A DNA stretch of 64,000 nucleotides, taken from NCBI GenBank assembly GCA_963640245.1, contig CAVHYN010000042.1:4102-68101 (forward strand), given 5' to 3'. The notes below the pieces were generated by a model that searched no databases, was not told the origin of the DNA, and saw only the letters and a list, made by a program, of their open reading frames with translations. Made by a program: the position numbers and the translations under genes. Positions within the stretch are counted from its first letter, which is position 1; each line of letters starts with the position of its first letter. Origin of the DNA: Bulleidia sp. (GTDB lineage Bacteria > Bacillota > Clostridia > Lachnospirales > Lachnospiraceae). This document shows positions 1-9,401 of the stretch, piece after piece.

Positions 1-709
1 ATGCATTTCCTATGAGGGTCCGGCGGACAAGGCACGTGTCCAGATGACCATACCGGACGGCACGGTTTACTCCTATTACCTGGAGCCGGGCGCCTTCGAG
101 ATCTTTCCGCTTTCCGGCGGCAATGGTTCCTACGAGGCTGCAGTCTATGAGCATGCCTATGACAGTAAGTATGCCCTGGCTTTTTCCCAGAATCTGGAGG
201 TTGATCTTTCCGATGAATTCAAGCCCTTTCTCTATCCGAACCAGTATTGCTGGTATACGAAGGACAGTGAGGCAATAGCCTGCGGAATCGAGCTTTCCGA
301 TGATTCCGACTCGGATCTGGACTATGTCGGACAGGTCTACGACTATGTCACCAACCATATTTCCTATGACGAGGATCTGGCAAAGAATATCCCAACGGAC
401 TATATTCCGGATATCGATGCCACCCTGGCATCCGGCAAGGGCATCTGCTTCGATTATGCTTCGCTGATGACTGCCATGCTTCGCTCTCAGGGAATCCCGA
501 CCAAGCTGGAGGTCGGTTATTCCGGCCAGGCTTATCACGCCTGGATCAGTGTCTATCTCGAAGATGTCGGCTGGGTAGACGACATTATTTCCTTCGACGG
601 GAAGGACTGGACCCTGATGGATCCCACGCTGGCGGCCAGCAATGACCGGAAGTCCGTCCGAAAATATACCGGGGACGGAACCAATTATACCGTAAAATAT
701 CATTACTAA
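1..709 (+). CDS. Transglutaminase-like domain protein (5' truncated by window edge)
   Basis: Frame is open from position 2. Cys-His-Asp triad motifs GICFDYA, YHAW and MDPT are typical of the transglutaminase-like core. Confidence 0.85.
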   Translation, partial: CISYEGPADKARVQMTIPDGTVYSYYLEPGAFEIFPLSGGNGSYEAAVYEHAYDSKYALAFSQNLEVDLSDEFKPFLYPNQYCWYTKDSEAIACGIELSDDSDSDLDYVGQVYDYVTNHISYDEDLAKNIPTDYIPDIDATLASGKGICFDYASLMTAMLRSQGIPTKLEVGYSGQAYHAWISVYLEDVGWVDDIISFDGKDWTLMDPTLAASNDRKSVRKYTGDGTNYTVKYHY

Positions 710-721
710 TGGAGGGTTGTT

Positions 722-1762
722 ATGAAGGTGCAGACTTTTTCTGATATGGAGCTTTCTGGCTTCTCCGGACAGCTTGCCTTGATTTTGCATTCTGGCATTT
801 CTTCACTGGAAGGAATTTCCATTTTATTGGAGGATACTGCGGATAAGAAGGAGCAAGAGGTTCTAAAACAGATAGAGGAGGAGCTTCAGAGCACAGGCAG
901 TCTCTATACTTCCCTTAAGGAGACCGGCTGGTTTCCTGCCTATTTTCTCTCTATGGTGCGAATCGGGGAGGAAACCGGTACACTCGATGAGGTTATGAGC
1001 GCCCTCTCCCTTCACTACGAACGGGAGGATGCCCTTCGCCGTAATCTCCGCAATGCCCTGACGTATCCTCTGACCATGTCGGCCATGATGGTGGCTGTCA
1101 TCGTCATTTTGCTTGTCAAGGTCATGCCGATTTTTCAGCAGGTTTTTGTACAGCTTGGCACGGAGATGACCGGCTTTTCCAAAGCCCTGATGAGCCTTGG
1201 AACGGCTCTGAACCGGTATTCGGCCTTCTTTCTCATCCTGCTTCTTCTCCTTCTGGCCGTCGGCTTTTTCGGCACCAGAACCGAGAAGGGACATCGCTTT
1301 TTTCAGCGTCTCTTTCTCCATTTTCCGGACTTTCGTACCATGCAGGAGAAGATGTCCCTTTGTCGTCTCGCCGGAGGTCTGTCGATTTCCTTAAAAAGTG
1401 GCCTCACTCAATCTCAAAGCCTTGAGCTCTCGGAAATGCTTCCGGAGGATGATGCTTTCAGGGGAAAACTGGAAATTTGCAGGCAAGGACTGGATGAAGG
1501 GCAGGATTTGGTGGAGCTATTGCGCGAACAGCAGATCTTCACCGGCCTCTATGCCAGAATGGCTTCCATCGGTGCCAGAACCGGCTCCCTTGACCAGGCT
1601 ATGGAAAAGATCGCAGTTCTCTGTCAGGAAGATATGGAAAATCGCACGGCCAGGCTTCTCTCAGCCCTTGAGCCCACCCTCGTCATCACCTTATCCCTGA
1701 TCGTCGGTGCCATCCTGCTCTCTGTGATGCTGCCACTTATGGGAATCTTATCCAGTCTCTAG
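722..1762 (+). CDS. Type II secretion F / PilC-like platform protein
   Basis: Two T2SSF repeats (GEETGTLDEVM...LTYP; GARTGSLD...LEPTL), three TM segments, GGAGG RBS. Confidence 0.9.
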   Translation: MKVQTFSDMELSGFSGQLALILHSGISSLEGISILLEDTADKKEQEVLKQIEEELQSTGSLYTSLKETGWFPAYFLSMVRIGEETGTLDEVMSALSLHYEREDALRRNLRNALTYPLTMSAMMVAVIVILLVKVMPIFQQVFVQLGTEMTGFSKALMSLGTALNRYSAFFLILLLLLLAVGFFGTRTEKGHRFFQRLFLHFPDFRTMQEKMSLCRLAGGLSISLKSGLTQSQSLELSEMLPEDDAFRGKLEICRQGLDEGQDLVELLREQQIFTGLYARMASIGARTGSLDQAMEKIAVLCQEDMENRTARLLSALEPTLVITLSLIVGAILLSVMLPLMGILSSL

Positions 1763-1773
1763 GAGGAATCGTT

Positions 1774-2097
1774 ATGCTTTTTCAGACAGAGAAAAAATCA
1801 TGGGACGGCAAAAGCCTTCTCTGGTCCATCGTCCTCTTTGCCCTTCTCTTTCTCTGCTTTCTTTTCGGTGTTCGATCCCTCTCCCGGGATACGGATCGGC
1901 GGCAAAGAGAGAATCTGGAGGCAGCCTTAAACCGCAGCATTACCTATTGCTACGCGGTGGAGGGAGCTTATCCGGAGAGTCTTTCCTATCTTGTCGAGCA
2001 TTATGGTCTAACCTATGATTCCGATCGATTTTTTGTCGATTACCGCATCCTGGGCGCGAATCTTTACCCGGATGTCACGATCTTGGAGGTGGAATGA
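1774..2097 (+). CDS. Pilin-like small membrane protein
   Basis: Short charged N-terminus then a hydrophobic helix; CYAVEGAYP motif; AGGAGG RBS; operonic with the T2SSF gene. Confidence 0.65.
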   Translation: MLFQTEKKSWDGKSLLWSIVLFALLFLCFLFGVRSLSRDTDRRQRENLEAALNRSITYCYAVEGAYPESLSYLVEHYGLTYDSDRFFVDYRILGANLYPDVTILEVE

Positions 2098-2612
2098 GTA
2101 TGCATACCAGGCAGGAATCCCGTCATCTCATAGACCTGCTTTTTCCGGTAGCCCTGCTATTTGTCTTTGTTTTATCCGCAGTCTCCGTGATTCTTCTGGC
2201 CACCGGTGTCTACCAGGATACGGCGGAACACTCAGCCCGATCCTATACTGCCGAGACAGCACTGGCCTATCTTACCGAAAAGGTTCATCAAAACGATGGA
2301 AGCGGGTTTATGGATCTGACCGAGTTTGATGGCTGTGAGGCACTTCGGATCCGGCAGACCTATGATGACCTTTCCTACACCACCTATATCTATGTCTATG
2401 AGGATTCTCTTCGGGAGCTTTTTTTGAAGGATGGGACGGCTGCCTCGGCTGGGGACGGACGCGAGCTCCTTTCTCTCCACTCGCTCGACTTTCAAAATCT
2501 GGGGAATGGACTTTTTTCCTTTTCCTCTGAGGATTTGGAGGGTCACGAAGCGACAGCCTTCGTCCGGGTGCGCAGTGAAGCATCTTCTTTGAAAGGGGGA
2601 GAGGGATCATGA
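2094..2612 (+). CDS. Pilin-like protein, DUF4860-like
   Basis: N-terminal hydrophobic helix; YTTYIYVYEDSLRELF motif; ATGA overlap with the upstream gene. Confidence 0.65.
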   Translation: MSMHTRQESRHLIDLLFPVALLFVFVLSAVSVILLATGVYQDTAEHSARSYTAETALAYLTEKVHQNDGSGFMDLTEFDGCEALRIRQTYDDLSYTTYIYVYEDSLRELFLKDGTAASAGDGRELLSLHSLDFQNLGNGLFSFSSEDLEGHEATAFVRVRSEASSLKGGEGS

Positions 2613-3109
2613 ATAAACAGAAGCTTCCCCGTTCCTCCAGTCTCTTTTTACTGGAGCTGACCTTTTCGATATTATTTTTTTCTATCGCAAGTGCCATCTG
2701 CATCCAGGTCTTTGTGCGGGCTCACACCTTAAGCCGCGATGCGCAGGCTCTCCATCAGGCAGTGACCCTTTGCTCCAATGCTTCGGAGCTTGCAGACGCT
2801 GCCCCAGATGCTGCTTCTGCCCTTGCTTCCCTGGCCGCCCTCTACCCGGAGGCCGTGGTTACAGAAGCTGGTTCGGATTCGGGTTTGGATACAGATTCAG
2901 ATGCGGACTCCTATCAGCTTACGCTTGGTTTTACCTCTAAGCTCGAAAGCTGTCCTTTAGATACTTCCGATGCCGCACCAGCCTATCTCTTTCGGGTATC
3001 CTTTTATCAGGTGGATAACCTGCTGCACTGCGATGCGGTGATGACAAAATCCGGTGCCGAAAATGCTGCACAGGAGATCTATCGGCTTGAAACGGTACAT
3101 TATCTGTAG
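2609..3109 (+). CDS. Pilin-like protein with a degenerate class III signal peptide
   Basis: MNKQKLPRSSS|LFLLE places Glu at +5 before a hydrophobic helix; ATGA overlap. Confidence 0.6.
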   Translation: MNKQKLPRSSSLFLLELTFSILFFSIASAICIQVFVRAHTLSRDAQALHQAVTLCSNASELADAAPDAASALASLAALYPEAVVTEAGSDSGLDTDSDADSYQLTLGFTSKLESCPLDTSDAAPAYLFRVSFYQVDNLLHCDAVMTKSGAENAAQEIYRLETVHYL

Positions 3110-3157
3110 CCATTCAGTCCTTTCACAGTTCGTATTAACTTACAGGAGATTTAAGCA

Positions 3158-3541
3158 ATGCATCAGACAAAAAAAGAGCTTCCATTTTTCAATATCGGAA
3201 CCTCCTCGCTTCTGGTAGTCTTTCTGGTTCTCTGTCTCGTCATCTTCGCTGTCCTGACCCTGACAGGCGCCCAGAGCGATTACCGCTTTGCTACGAGGCT
3301 TGCCGAGCGACGGACTGCATATTATGCCGCCTGCAATCAGGCCGAAGAAAAAATCGCAGCCCTCGATGCCGAAAGAGCTTTGGATCGTCTCTCGGAGGAT
3401 TACCAGTTTGAAGTGCCTATCACGGATCAGCAGGTACTTTCTGTCACACTAAGCCCGGATGAGCAGGGCGGTTTTCTTATCAGCGCCTGGGAGACTGTCA
3501 ACACAGCGGAATGGACTGCAGGAACTTTGGAGGGAATCTAG
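3158..3541 (+). CDS. Pilin-like protein (minor pilin type lacking E5)
   Basis: NIG|TSSLLVVFLVLCLV hydrophobic N-terminus; YYAA motif; AGGAG RBS. Confidence 0.6.
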   Translation: MHQTKKELPFFNIGTSSLLVVFLVLCLVIFAVLTLTGAQSDYRFATRLAERRTAYYAACNQAEEKIAALDAERALDRLSEDYQFEVPITDQQVLSVTLSPDEQGGFLISAWETVNTAEWTAGTLEGI

Positions 3542-3542
3542 C

Positions 3543-4598
3543 ATGGATATCGTAACAATCTTAAAACAGGCCGTGAACGAGCAGGCCTCCGACGTCTTCA
3601 TCGTTGCCGGACTTCCCTGCTCCTTCCGGAAAAACGGAACCTTACAGCGTATCAACGAGGAACGGCTCCTGCCGCCGGATACGGAAGCTTTGCTGACTGC
3701 GATCTACCAGCTTGCCGGAAACCGGGACATGACCGCCCTTCTTGAGCAGGGCGATGATGATTTTGCCTTCGCGATTCAGGGAGTTTCCCGCTTTCGTGTC
3801 AGCGCCTACAAGCAGCGCGGTGCCCTTTCCGCCGTCATCCGGATCATTACCTTTCAGCTGCCGGATTATGCGTCCCTTCGGATTCCGCCTTATATCATCG
3901 ATTTGACGACCTCCGGAAGCGGCATGATCCTGATCACAGGTCCCGCCGGCAGCGGCAAGTCTACAACCCTGGCCTGCATGATCGACCATATCAATAAGAC
4001 CCGTGAGACCCATATCATTACCCTGGAGGATCCACTGGAATTTCTTCACCGCCATGACCGCTCCATCGTAAGCCAGCGGGAGATCCATGTCGATACCGAA
4101 AATTATGTGACGGCTCTCCGCGCAGCTCTTCGCCAGAGTCCGGATGTCATCCTTCTCGGCGAAATGCGGGATTACGAGACGATCAATGTGGCCATGACCG
4201 CGGCAGAAACCGGACATCTCCTCCTTTCCACTCTGCATACTATCGGTGCCGCCAATACCATCGACCGAATCATCGATGTCTTTCCGCCCAGTCAGCAGCA
4301 TCAGATCGCGATTCAGCTTTCTACCGTTTTGAATGCTGTAGTTTCGCAGCAGCTTTTGCCGACCGTAGACGGACGGATGGTACCGGCCTTCGAAATCATG
4401 ACCGTGACACCGGCCATCCGCAACATGATTCGGGAGAATAAGGTTCCCCAGATCGAAGGGATTCTCTATTCCGCGAACCGGAATGATATGATCTCCATGG
4501 ATGCCAGCATCCTCTCCCTCTATCGGGAGGGAATCATCTCCAGAGATACAGCACTCATCTATGCCACAAATCCGGAGATGCTGCGCAAGAAACTTTAA
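3543..4598 (+). CDS. pilT: PilT/PilU-family type IV pilus ATPase
   Basis: Walker A GPAGSGKST, EDPLE, LRQSPDVILLGEMRD, TGHLLLSTLH and AIRNMIRE motifs; start placed at MDIVT (3543). Confidence 0.9.
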   Translation: MDIVTILKQAVNEQASDVFIVAGLPCSFRKNGTLQRINEERLLPPDTEALLTAIYQLAGNRDMTALLEQGDDDFAFAIQGVSRFRVSAYKQRGALSAVIRIITFQLPDYASLRIPPYIIDLTTSGSGMILITGPAGSGKSTTLACMIDHINKTRETHIITLEDPLEFLHRHDRSIVSQREIHVDTENYVTALRAALRQSPDVILLGEMRDYETINVAMTAAETGHLLLSTLHTIGAANTIDRIIDVFPPSQQHQIAIQLSTVLNAVVSQQLLPTVDGRMVPAFEIMTVTPAIRNMIRENKVPQIEGILYSANRNDMISMDASILSLYREGIISRDTALIYATNPEMLRKKL

Positions 4599-4613
4599 GA
4601 AAGATGCTCTATT

Positions 4614-4649
4614 AAAAAGCCCCGCAGATTTCTCTGCGAGGCTTTTTTT
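4614..4649. terminator. Bidirectional intrinsic terminator
   Basis: AAAAAGCCCCGCAG...CTGCGAGGCTTTTTTT between convergent genes. Confidence 0.75.
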
Positions 4650-4672
4650 AACGTTCGATCATTGCCCGAGTC

Positions 4673-6670
4673 CTATACCCCCCCCAGGTATTTTTCTCCG
4701 CCCCGGGAGACAAAATTCTCCGGCGTCGATGCATGAATTTCGTAACGGATCTTGTCCTGGATCTCCAGCATGCACTCGAGAAGCAAGGGATTGAAGACAC
4801 CGCATTCTCCATTTAGGATCATCTCTATGGCCTTCTCATGGGAATATGCTTTCTTGTATACACGCTCACTGGTCAGGGCATCGTAGACATCCGCAACCGA
4901 GACAACCTGAGCGGAAATCGGAATCTCATCCCCTTTCAGGCCATCGGGATATCCCTTTCCGTCATAGCGCTCGTGATGCCAGCGACAGATATCATGAGCC
5001 ATCTTCACGAGAGGATCGTCCCCATACATAGCCTTATTTTCCAGCATGGAGGCTCCGACACTGGTATGGGTTTTCATAATCTCGAATTCCTCTTTCGTAA
5101 GCCTTCCGGGCTTATTCAGAATCTTTTCATCGATGCTGATCTTCCCGATATCGTGGAGGGAAGATGCTGTAATGATGAGCTCCCGGTCAGACCAGGTCAT
5201 ATTGTATCCCACATCCTTCTTCATCAGTTGATCGAGAAGAAGTCTGGTCAGAACATTGATATGCATGACATGGAGGCCGCTTTCACCATTTCGAAATTCG
5301 ACAATCTGACTCAGGATCGTGATCATGATGCGGTTGCTGTGTTCCTTCTCGTAGATCTGGCTTGCCACCATACCGAGAAGACGGCGCTGTCTGGCATAAA
5401 GCTTGATGGTATTGAAGACGCGTCGGTATACGACCTGTGCATCAAAGGGGCGGCTGATATAATCGGTCGCACCAAATTCATAGGCCTTCTGGATAAACTG
5501 GGAGCTGTCCTCGCTGGAAATCATGACCACCGGGATATCCTCGAGCCATTGCTTGCGTTTCATGATGGAAAGTACCTCGAAGCCATCCAGCTTCGGCATT
5601 ACCAGATCGAGCAGTACCAAAGAAATGCCGGTTCCGTATTGTTCGAGCATACTGATGCATTCTTGCCCGTCCCTGGCCTCCAGGATCCGGTATTCATTTT
5701 CCAGAATTCCCCGGAGAATCAACCGATTCATAGCGGAATCATCCACGAGCAGAATCTGCTGATGCAGCTCATCACCGGTGCTCTCTGACTCATTTTTGAT
5801 ATCTTCTGCGCCTTCCCATTCGGTTACCACCATATTTTTCTTGAGCTTGCCACGGTACATCAGGCGATCCGCACGGGATACAGCCTCCTTGATCGTGGCT
5901 CCGTTATACATGACTGCACCGATGCTGACAGACATCTGGATGCTGGGATAACCCTTGATCACGGCCTTGTGAATCCGATCCCGGATCATCCGAAGCTTGG
6001 TTGAAAAGGCCTCCGGCTCGATACCCGGCAGGATCAGAAGGAATTCATCCCCGCCATAGCGAATCAGGATATCGGACTGCCTGATATAGCGGCGGATGAT
6101 ATCCGCTGTAGTCTTTAAAACCAGATCTCCGGTATGATGACCATAGGTATCATTATAGATCTTAAAATCATCCAAATCGATGATCGCGACTCCGGCCTTC
6201 TCACGCATATTCCGAACCTTATCCTCATAGAATCGGCGGTTGTAGGCTTTGGTCAGAACATCTGTATAGAGCTTTTCATTGTAGATAGTCAGACGACTTA
6301 AAAGCTTTTCCGAGCCTTCGGAATCCAGAAGCGTGTCCTGATCGAGCTCTTTGATCATCTCCATTACATAGGCTTCTCCGTCGATCCGGTAATACTTGGA
6401 AAATACCTGAAACATCTCATCATCGATGAATTCGATCTTATTGCCTTCTCCCTGATTCTTCAGCACCTCTCGGGAGATACAATTCTCACAAGGTCTATCC
6501 TTTCCCCAGAATTCATAGCACTGACAGGGTCTTGGAATTCTTCCCTCTTCCTCTAGGTCTCTCGCCTCCAGATCGCTTCCTTTCAGCAAGCGCACATAGG
6601 GGAAGAGTTCTCTCAGACCCGCCATTCTATTTTCAGCCTCGGCCATGGTGATATTTTCTTTGCTGCTCAT
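4673..6670 (-). CDS. GGDEF-REC-HD-GYP c-di-GMP turnover protein
   Basis: RQSD I-site and GGDEF; REC domain (VDDS, LLDLVMP); HD-GYP motifs LHDIGK and HHERYDGKGYP. Confidence 0.92.
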   Translation of the reverse strand: MSSKENITMAEAENRMAGLRELFPYVRLLKGSDLEARDLEEEGRIPRPCQCYEFWGKDRPCENCISREVLKNQGEGNKIEFIDDEMFQVFSKYYRIDGEAYVMEMIKELDQDTLLDSEGSEKLLSRLTIYNEKLYTDVLTKAYNRRFYEDKVRNMREKAGVAIIDLDDFKIYNDTYGHHTGDLVLKTTADIIRRYIRQSDILIRYGGDEFLLILPGIEPEAFSTKLRMIRDRIHKAVIKGYPSIQMSVSIGAVMYNGATIKEAVSRADRLMYRGKLKKNMVVTEWEGAEDIKNESESTGDELHQQILLVDDSAMNRLILRGILENEYRILEARDGQECISMLEQYGTGISLVLLDLVMPKLDGFEVLSIMKRKQWLEDIPVVMISSEDSSQFIQKAYEFGATDYISRPFDAQVVYRRVFNTIKLYARQRRLLGMVASQIYEKEHSNRIMITILSQIVEFRNGESGLHVMHINVLTRLLLDQLMKKDVGYNMTWSDRELIITASSLHDIGKISIDEKILNKPGRLTKEEFEIMKTHTSVGASMLENKAMYGDDPLVKMAHDICRWHHERYDGKGYPDGLKGDEIPISAQVVSVADVYDALTSERVYKKAYSHEKAIEMILNGECGVFNPLLLECMLEIQDKIRYEIHASTPENFVSRGGEKYLGGV

Positions 6671-6892
6671 GGATCCTTACTCCTACATCTTACCCATCGG
6701 ACTTTTATATCTGAATAATATCTTACCTCTTATATTTTGCATACACAACTATTATACCCCAGAATTTTCAAAAATAATATACAGAATTTCAAAATTCATG
6801 AATTTTCTGTTAAAAATCGATTTTGTAATTGATCTTTGGGGATAATTGGTTTATGCTTAAAATCGAGTCGATTCAGGATAGGAGAATGTTTT

Positions 6893-7240
6893 ATGAATCT
6901 GGAAGAATTTTACAATACTGTGGGTGGTGATTATCATCAGACGGTTTCCAGACTGACCAGTGATGCCTTGGTAAAGCGGTTTGTCCGAAAATATATGGAA
7001 GATGATACTTATCAGGAGCTAAGCTCCTCTATCGAAAATGAAAACTGGGGCGCTGCCTTTCGCGCGGCTCATACCCTGAAGGGAATTGCCTCGAATCTCG
7101 GCTTTGATGCTCTCTTTGCCGCAAGCTCTGCCCTGACAGAAGCGCTGCGGGGAGAAAAGCCTCTTTCCGAGCCTTCCCTCTGGGACGCTGTGAAGGATGC
7201 CCACCAGCTGTTGGTTCAGACAATTGCGGAAATTGAATAA
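6893..7240 (+). CDS. Stand-alone Hpt phosphotransfer protein
   Basis: AAHTLKGIASNLG Hpt motif; AGGAG RBS before ATG 6893. Confidence 0.88.
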   Translation: MNLEEFYNTVGGDYHQTVSRLTSDALVKRFVRKYMEDDTYQELSSSIENENWGAAFRAAHTLKGIASNLGFDALFAASSALTEALRGEKPLSEPSLWDAVKDAHQLLVQTIAEIE

Positions 7241-7274
7241 AAAAAGATCCTGCCAAGAGCAGGATCTTTTTTTT
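7241..7274. terminator. Bidirectional intrinsic terminator
   Basis: AAAAAGATCCTGC-CAAGA-GCAGGATCTTTTTTT. Confidence 0.8.
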
Positions 7275-8265
7275 ACGCTTCTGTCTGGTCGCTCTGAAAT
7301 CTTGACAGGTGCTCGTAGGGCAAAATCTGACGACCACGGAAGAGGCCGCAGCCATCGTTGATCAGGCTGTTGTTCGCAGCACCGAACATATTGACATCCA
7401 CCTTCGACAGGTCAAGCTGCTGCAGGAGCCGTCCCCGCTCGTAGGCCTCATCAAACCAGATGCATTCCCCTTTGGGAATCTGGTGGCGGCGGGCACGTTC
7501 CCTCTCTTGGCGCTTCTCGTAGGCCATATGATTGGCGATACCGATCTCCGCCACATCATCCATTTCCTTCGTTCGAAGCTGCACCTCCATATAGCAATTC
7601 GCACTTTCGTCAAAGAAGGTGATATGGAGGGACTGGTATTCGGACATATTTTTATTGTAAATATAATCCCGGTAGTAATCCTTGTTTTTCTCTTCGAGAA
7701 GTGGGGACCCGCTTCGCTTTACGCCTCCGGTAGGCTGTACCTGAAAGCCTCTCTCCTCCAGAAAGCCCGGCAGGACGTTGGCGATCTCATAGAGAATCCG
7801 AAGCTCCTCCTCGGCTAAATCCTTTCCCGGAATCACCCGGCATCTCGGAAGGGAAATCACGATACGGTAAGCGATGAGATCCCGGAATTTGACCAGGCGC
7901 TTTCGAAGCTCCTCTACAGGCGGAAAGGTTCCGTTTGCCATATAGTACTTATAGCTGTCCTTCACGATATAGCCGTTGAATTTCTTCTCGGCACGGATCA
8001 GGGACTTGATCCGCCCCTTGAAGGTAAATGCAAGCTCCGGATATTCTTTCGCCATATACATATAAAATTCCCGGATCTTCTGGGACTGAGCTGTCAGGAA
8101 TTCATTGTGTTCCAAAAGATCGATCAGGCTCTGAAGGAAATCACAGTGGATCTCGTCAATCGCATTTCCTGTCACAGCCGCATCTGCCGCCAGGTCTTTC
8201 TTATATTTTTTCAGAATCCGCATGACGGTATCTCCGGAATACAGATAGTCGTTCAAAGTAATCAT
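7273..8265 (-). CDS. RelA/SpoT synthetase-domain protein (small alarmone synthetase-like)
   Basis: GRIKS, RDLIAYRI, RDYI...YQSLH and EVQLRT...AEIG...H..YEK motifs; no HD, TGS or ACT domain visible. Confidence 0.75.
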   Translation of the reverse strand: MITLNDYLYSGDTVMRILKKYKKDLAADAAVTGNAIDEIHCDFLQSLIDLLEHNEFLTAQSQKIREFYMYMAKEYPELAFTFKGRIKSLIRAEKKFNGYIVKDSYKYYMANGTFPPVEELRKRLVKFRDLIAYRIVISLPRCRVIPGKDLAEEELRILYEIANVLPGFLEERGFQVQPTGGVKRSGSPLLEEKNKDYYRDYIYNKNMSEYQSLHITFFDESANCYMEVQLRTKEMDDVAEIGIANHMAYEKRQERERARRHQIPKGECIWFDEAYERGRLLQQLDLSKVDVNMFGAANNSLINDGCGLFRGRQILPYEHLSRFQSDQTEA

Positions 8266-8345
8266 ACTTTTCTCCCAATTTACATTACAAATCAATCGTT
8301 GCAACCCGATCTTGTATTATACAGGATTTTCCTTTTCAAGGCAAG

Positions 8346-8387
8346 AAAAAAAGACCGTTACTTTTTCGAAAAAATAACGGTCTTTTT
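8346..8387 (-). terminator. Intrinsic terminator of the ABC operon
   Basis: AAAAAAAGACCGTTA...TAACGGTCTTTTT inverted repeat. Confidence 0.75.
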
Positions 8388-8406
8388 GTATTTTCACCTC
8401 TTCCTT

Positions 8407-9399
8407 TTATCGTTCCTCCCGGAAATAAGGCAGTCCCAGGCTTGCGGGAGGCTGATTTTCCCTTTTGCTGCGGATGCTGGTCACAACCAGTACCACCAGG
8501 GTTACCACATAGGGGAGCATCTTATATAACTCCTGGAACTCCATGTGATCCATACCGGTCGGTATATACAGATAGATGATATACAGACCGCCAAAGAGGA
8601 AGGAAGCCAGAATACTTAGGTTCGGTCTCCAGATGGTGAAGATTACAAGGGCGATGGCCAGCCAGCCACGGTCACCGAAGGCATCGTTGGACCAGACACC
8701 GCAGGCATAGTCCATGACATAGTAAAGTCCGCCAAGACCTGCGATCATACAGCCGATACAGGTGGCTGCATACTTGTATTTCGATACATTGATACCTACT
8801 GCGTCCGCCGTATTCGGATTCTCACCAACTGCACGAAGATGCAGTCCCTTTCTCGTATGATTCAGGAAATAGGAAGCTGCGATAGCTATGATGACTGCCA
8901 GATAAGCCAGAAAGCCGTAGGATAAAAAGAGCTTTCCAAACCATCCAAAGCTTCCTGCAAAGGGCAGGGATTTGCTGAAGCAGGCACTGGTGGCTGTCAG
9001 GGCGATAGAGGGCACGTCACTGTCTACCAGCTTGATGAGAGAGCCGCCGAAGAAGTTTCCGAAGCCCACACCGAAGGTGGTCATAGCGAGACCAGTCACG
9101 TTCTGATTTGCACGCAGGGTTACCGTCAGGAAGCAATAGAGAAGTCCCATCAGGAAGGAACCGAGCAGACAGCAAAGCATCGGAATCAGGATCGCGAGTG
9201 CCGGATTCACGGTTGATACGGAGTTCTCATAAAGGAAGGCTCCGATGACACCGCTGATCGCTCCTACGTACATGACACCGGGAATTCCCAGGTTCAGGTT
9301 GCCGGATTTCTGCGTGATGATCTCGCCGGTACTTCCGTAGAGAAGAGGGATACCCTGTACGATGGCTCTCGGAATAAATGCAAGTAAGAAATTCCACAT
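8407..9399 (-). CDS. ABC transporter permease (nucleoside/CUT2 type)
   Basis: Polytopic membrane protein; KSGNLNLG, GLHLRAVGENP..AD.VGI and GWLAIALV motifs. Confidence 0.9.
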   Translation of the reverse strand: MWNFLLAFIPRAIVQGIPLLYGSTGEIITQKSGNLNLGIPGVMYVGAISGVIGAFLYENSVSTVNPALAILIPMLCCLLGSFLMGLLYCFLTVTLRANQNVTGLAMTTFGVGFGNFFGGSLIKLVDSDVPSIALTATSACFSKSLPFAGSFGWFGKLFLSYGFLAYLAVIIAIAASYFLNHTRKGLHLRAVGENPNTADAVGINVSKYKYAATCIGCMIAGLGGLYYVMDYACGVWSNDAFGDRGWLAIALVIFTIWRPNLSILASFLFGGLYIIYLYIPTGMDHMEFQELYKMLPYVVTLVVLVVTSIRSKRENQPPASLGLPYFREER

Positions 9400-9401
9400 G
9401 A

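Noticed and set aside
6760..6816. CodY boxes in the cyclase/Hpt intergenic region
   Set aside because: About four mismatches to AATTTTCWGAAAATT in an AT-rich background; not distinguishable from chance.
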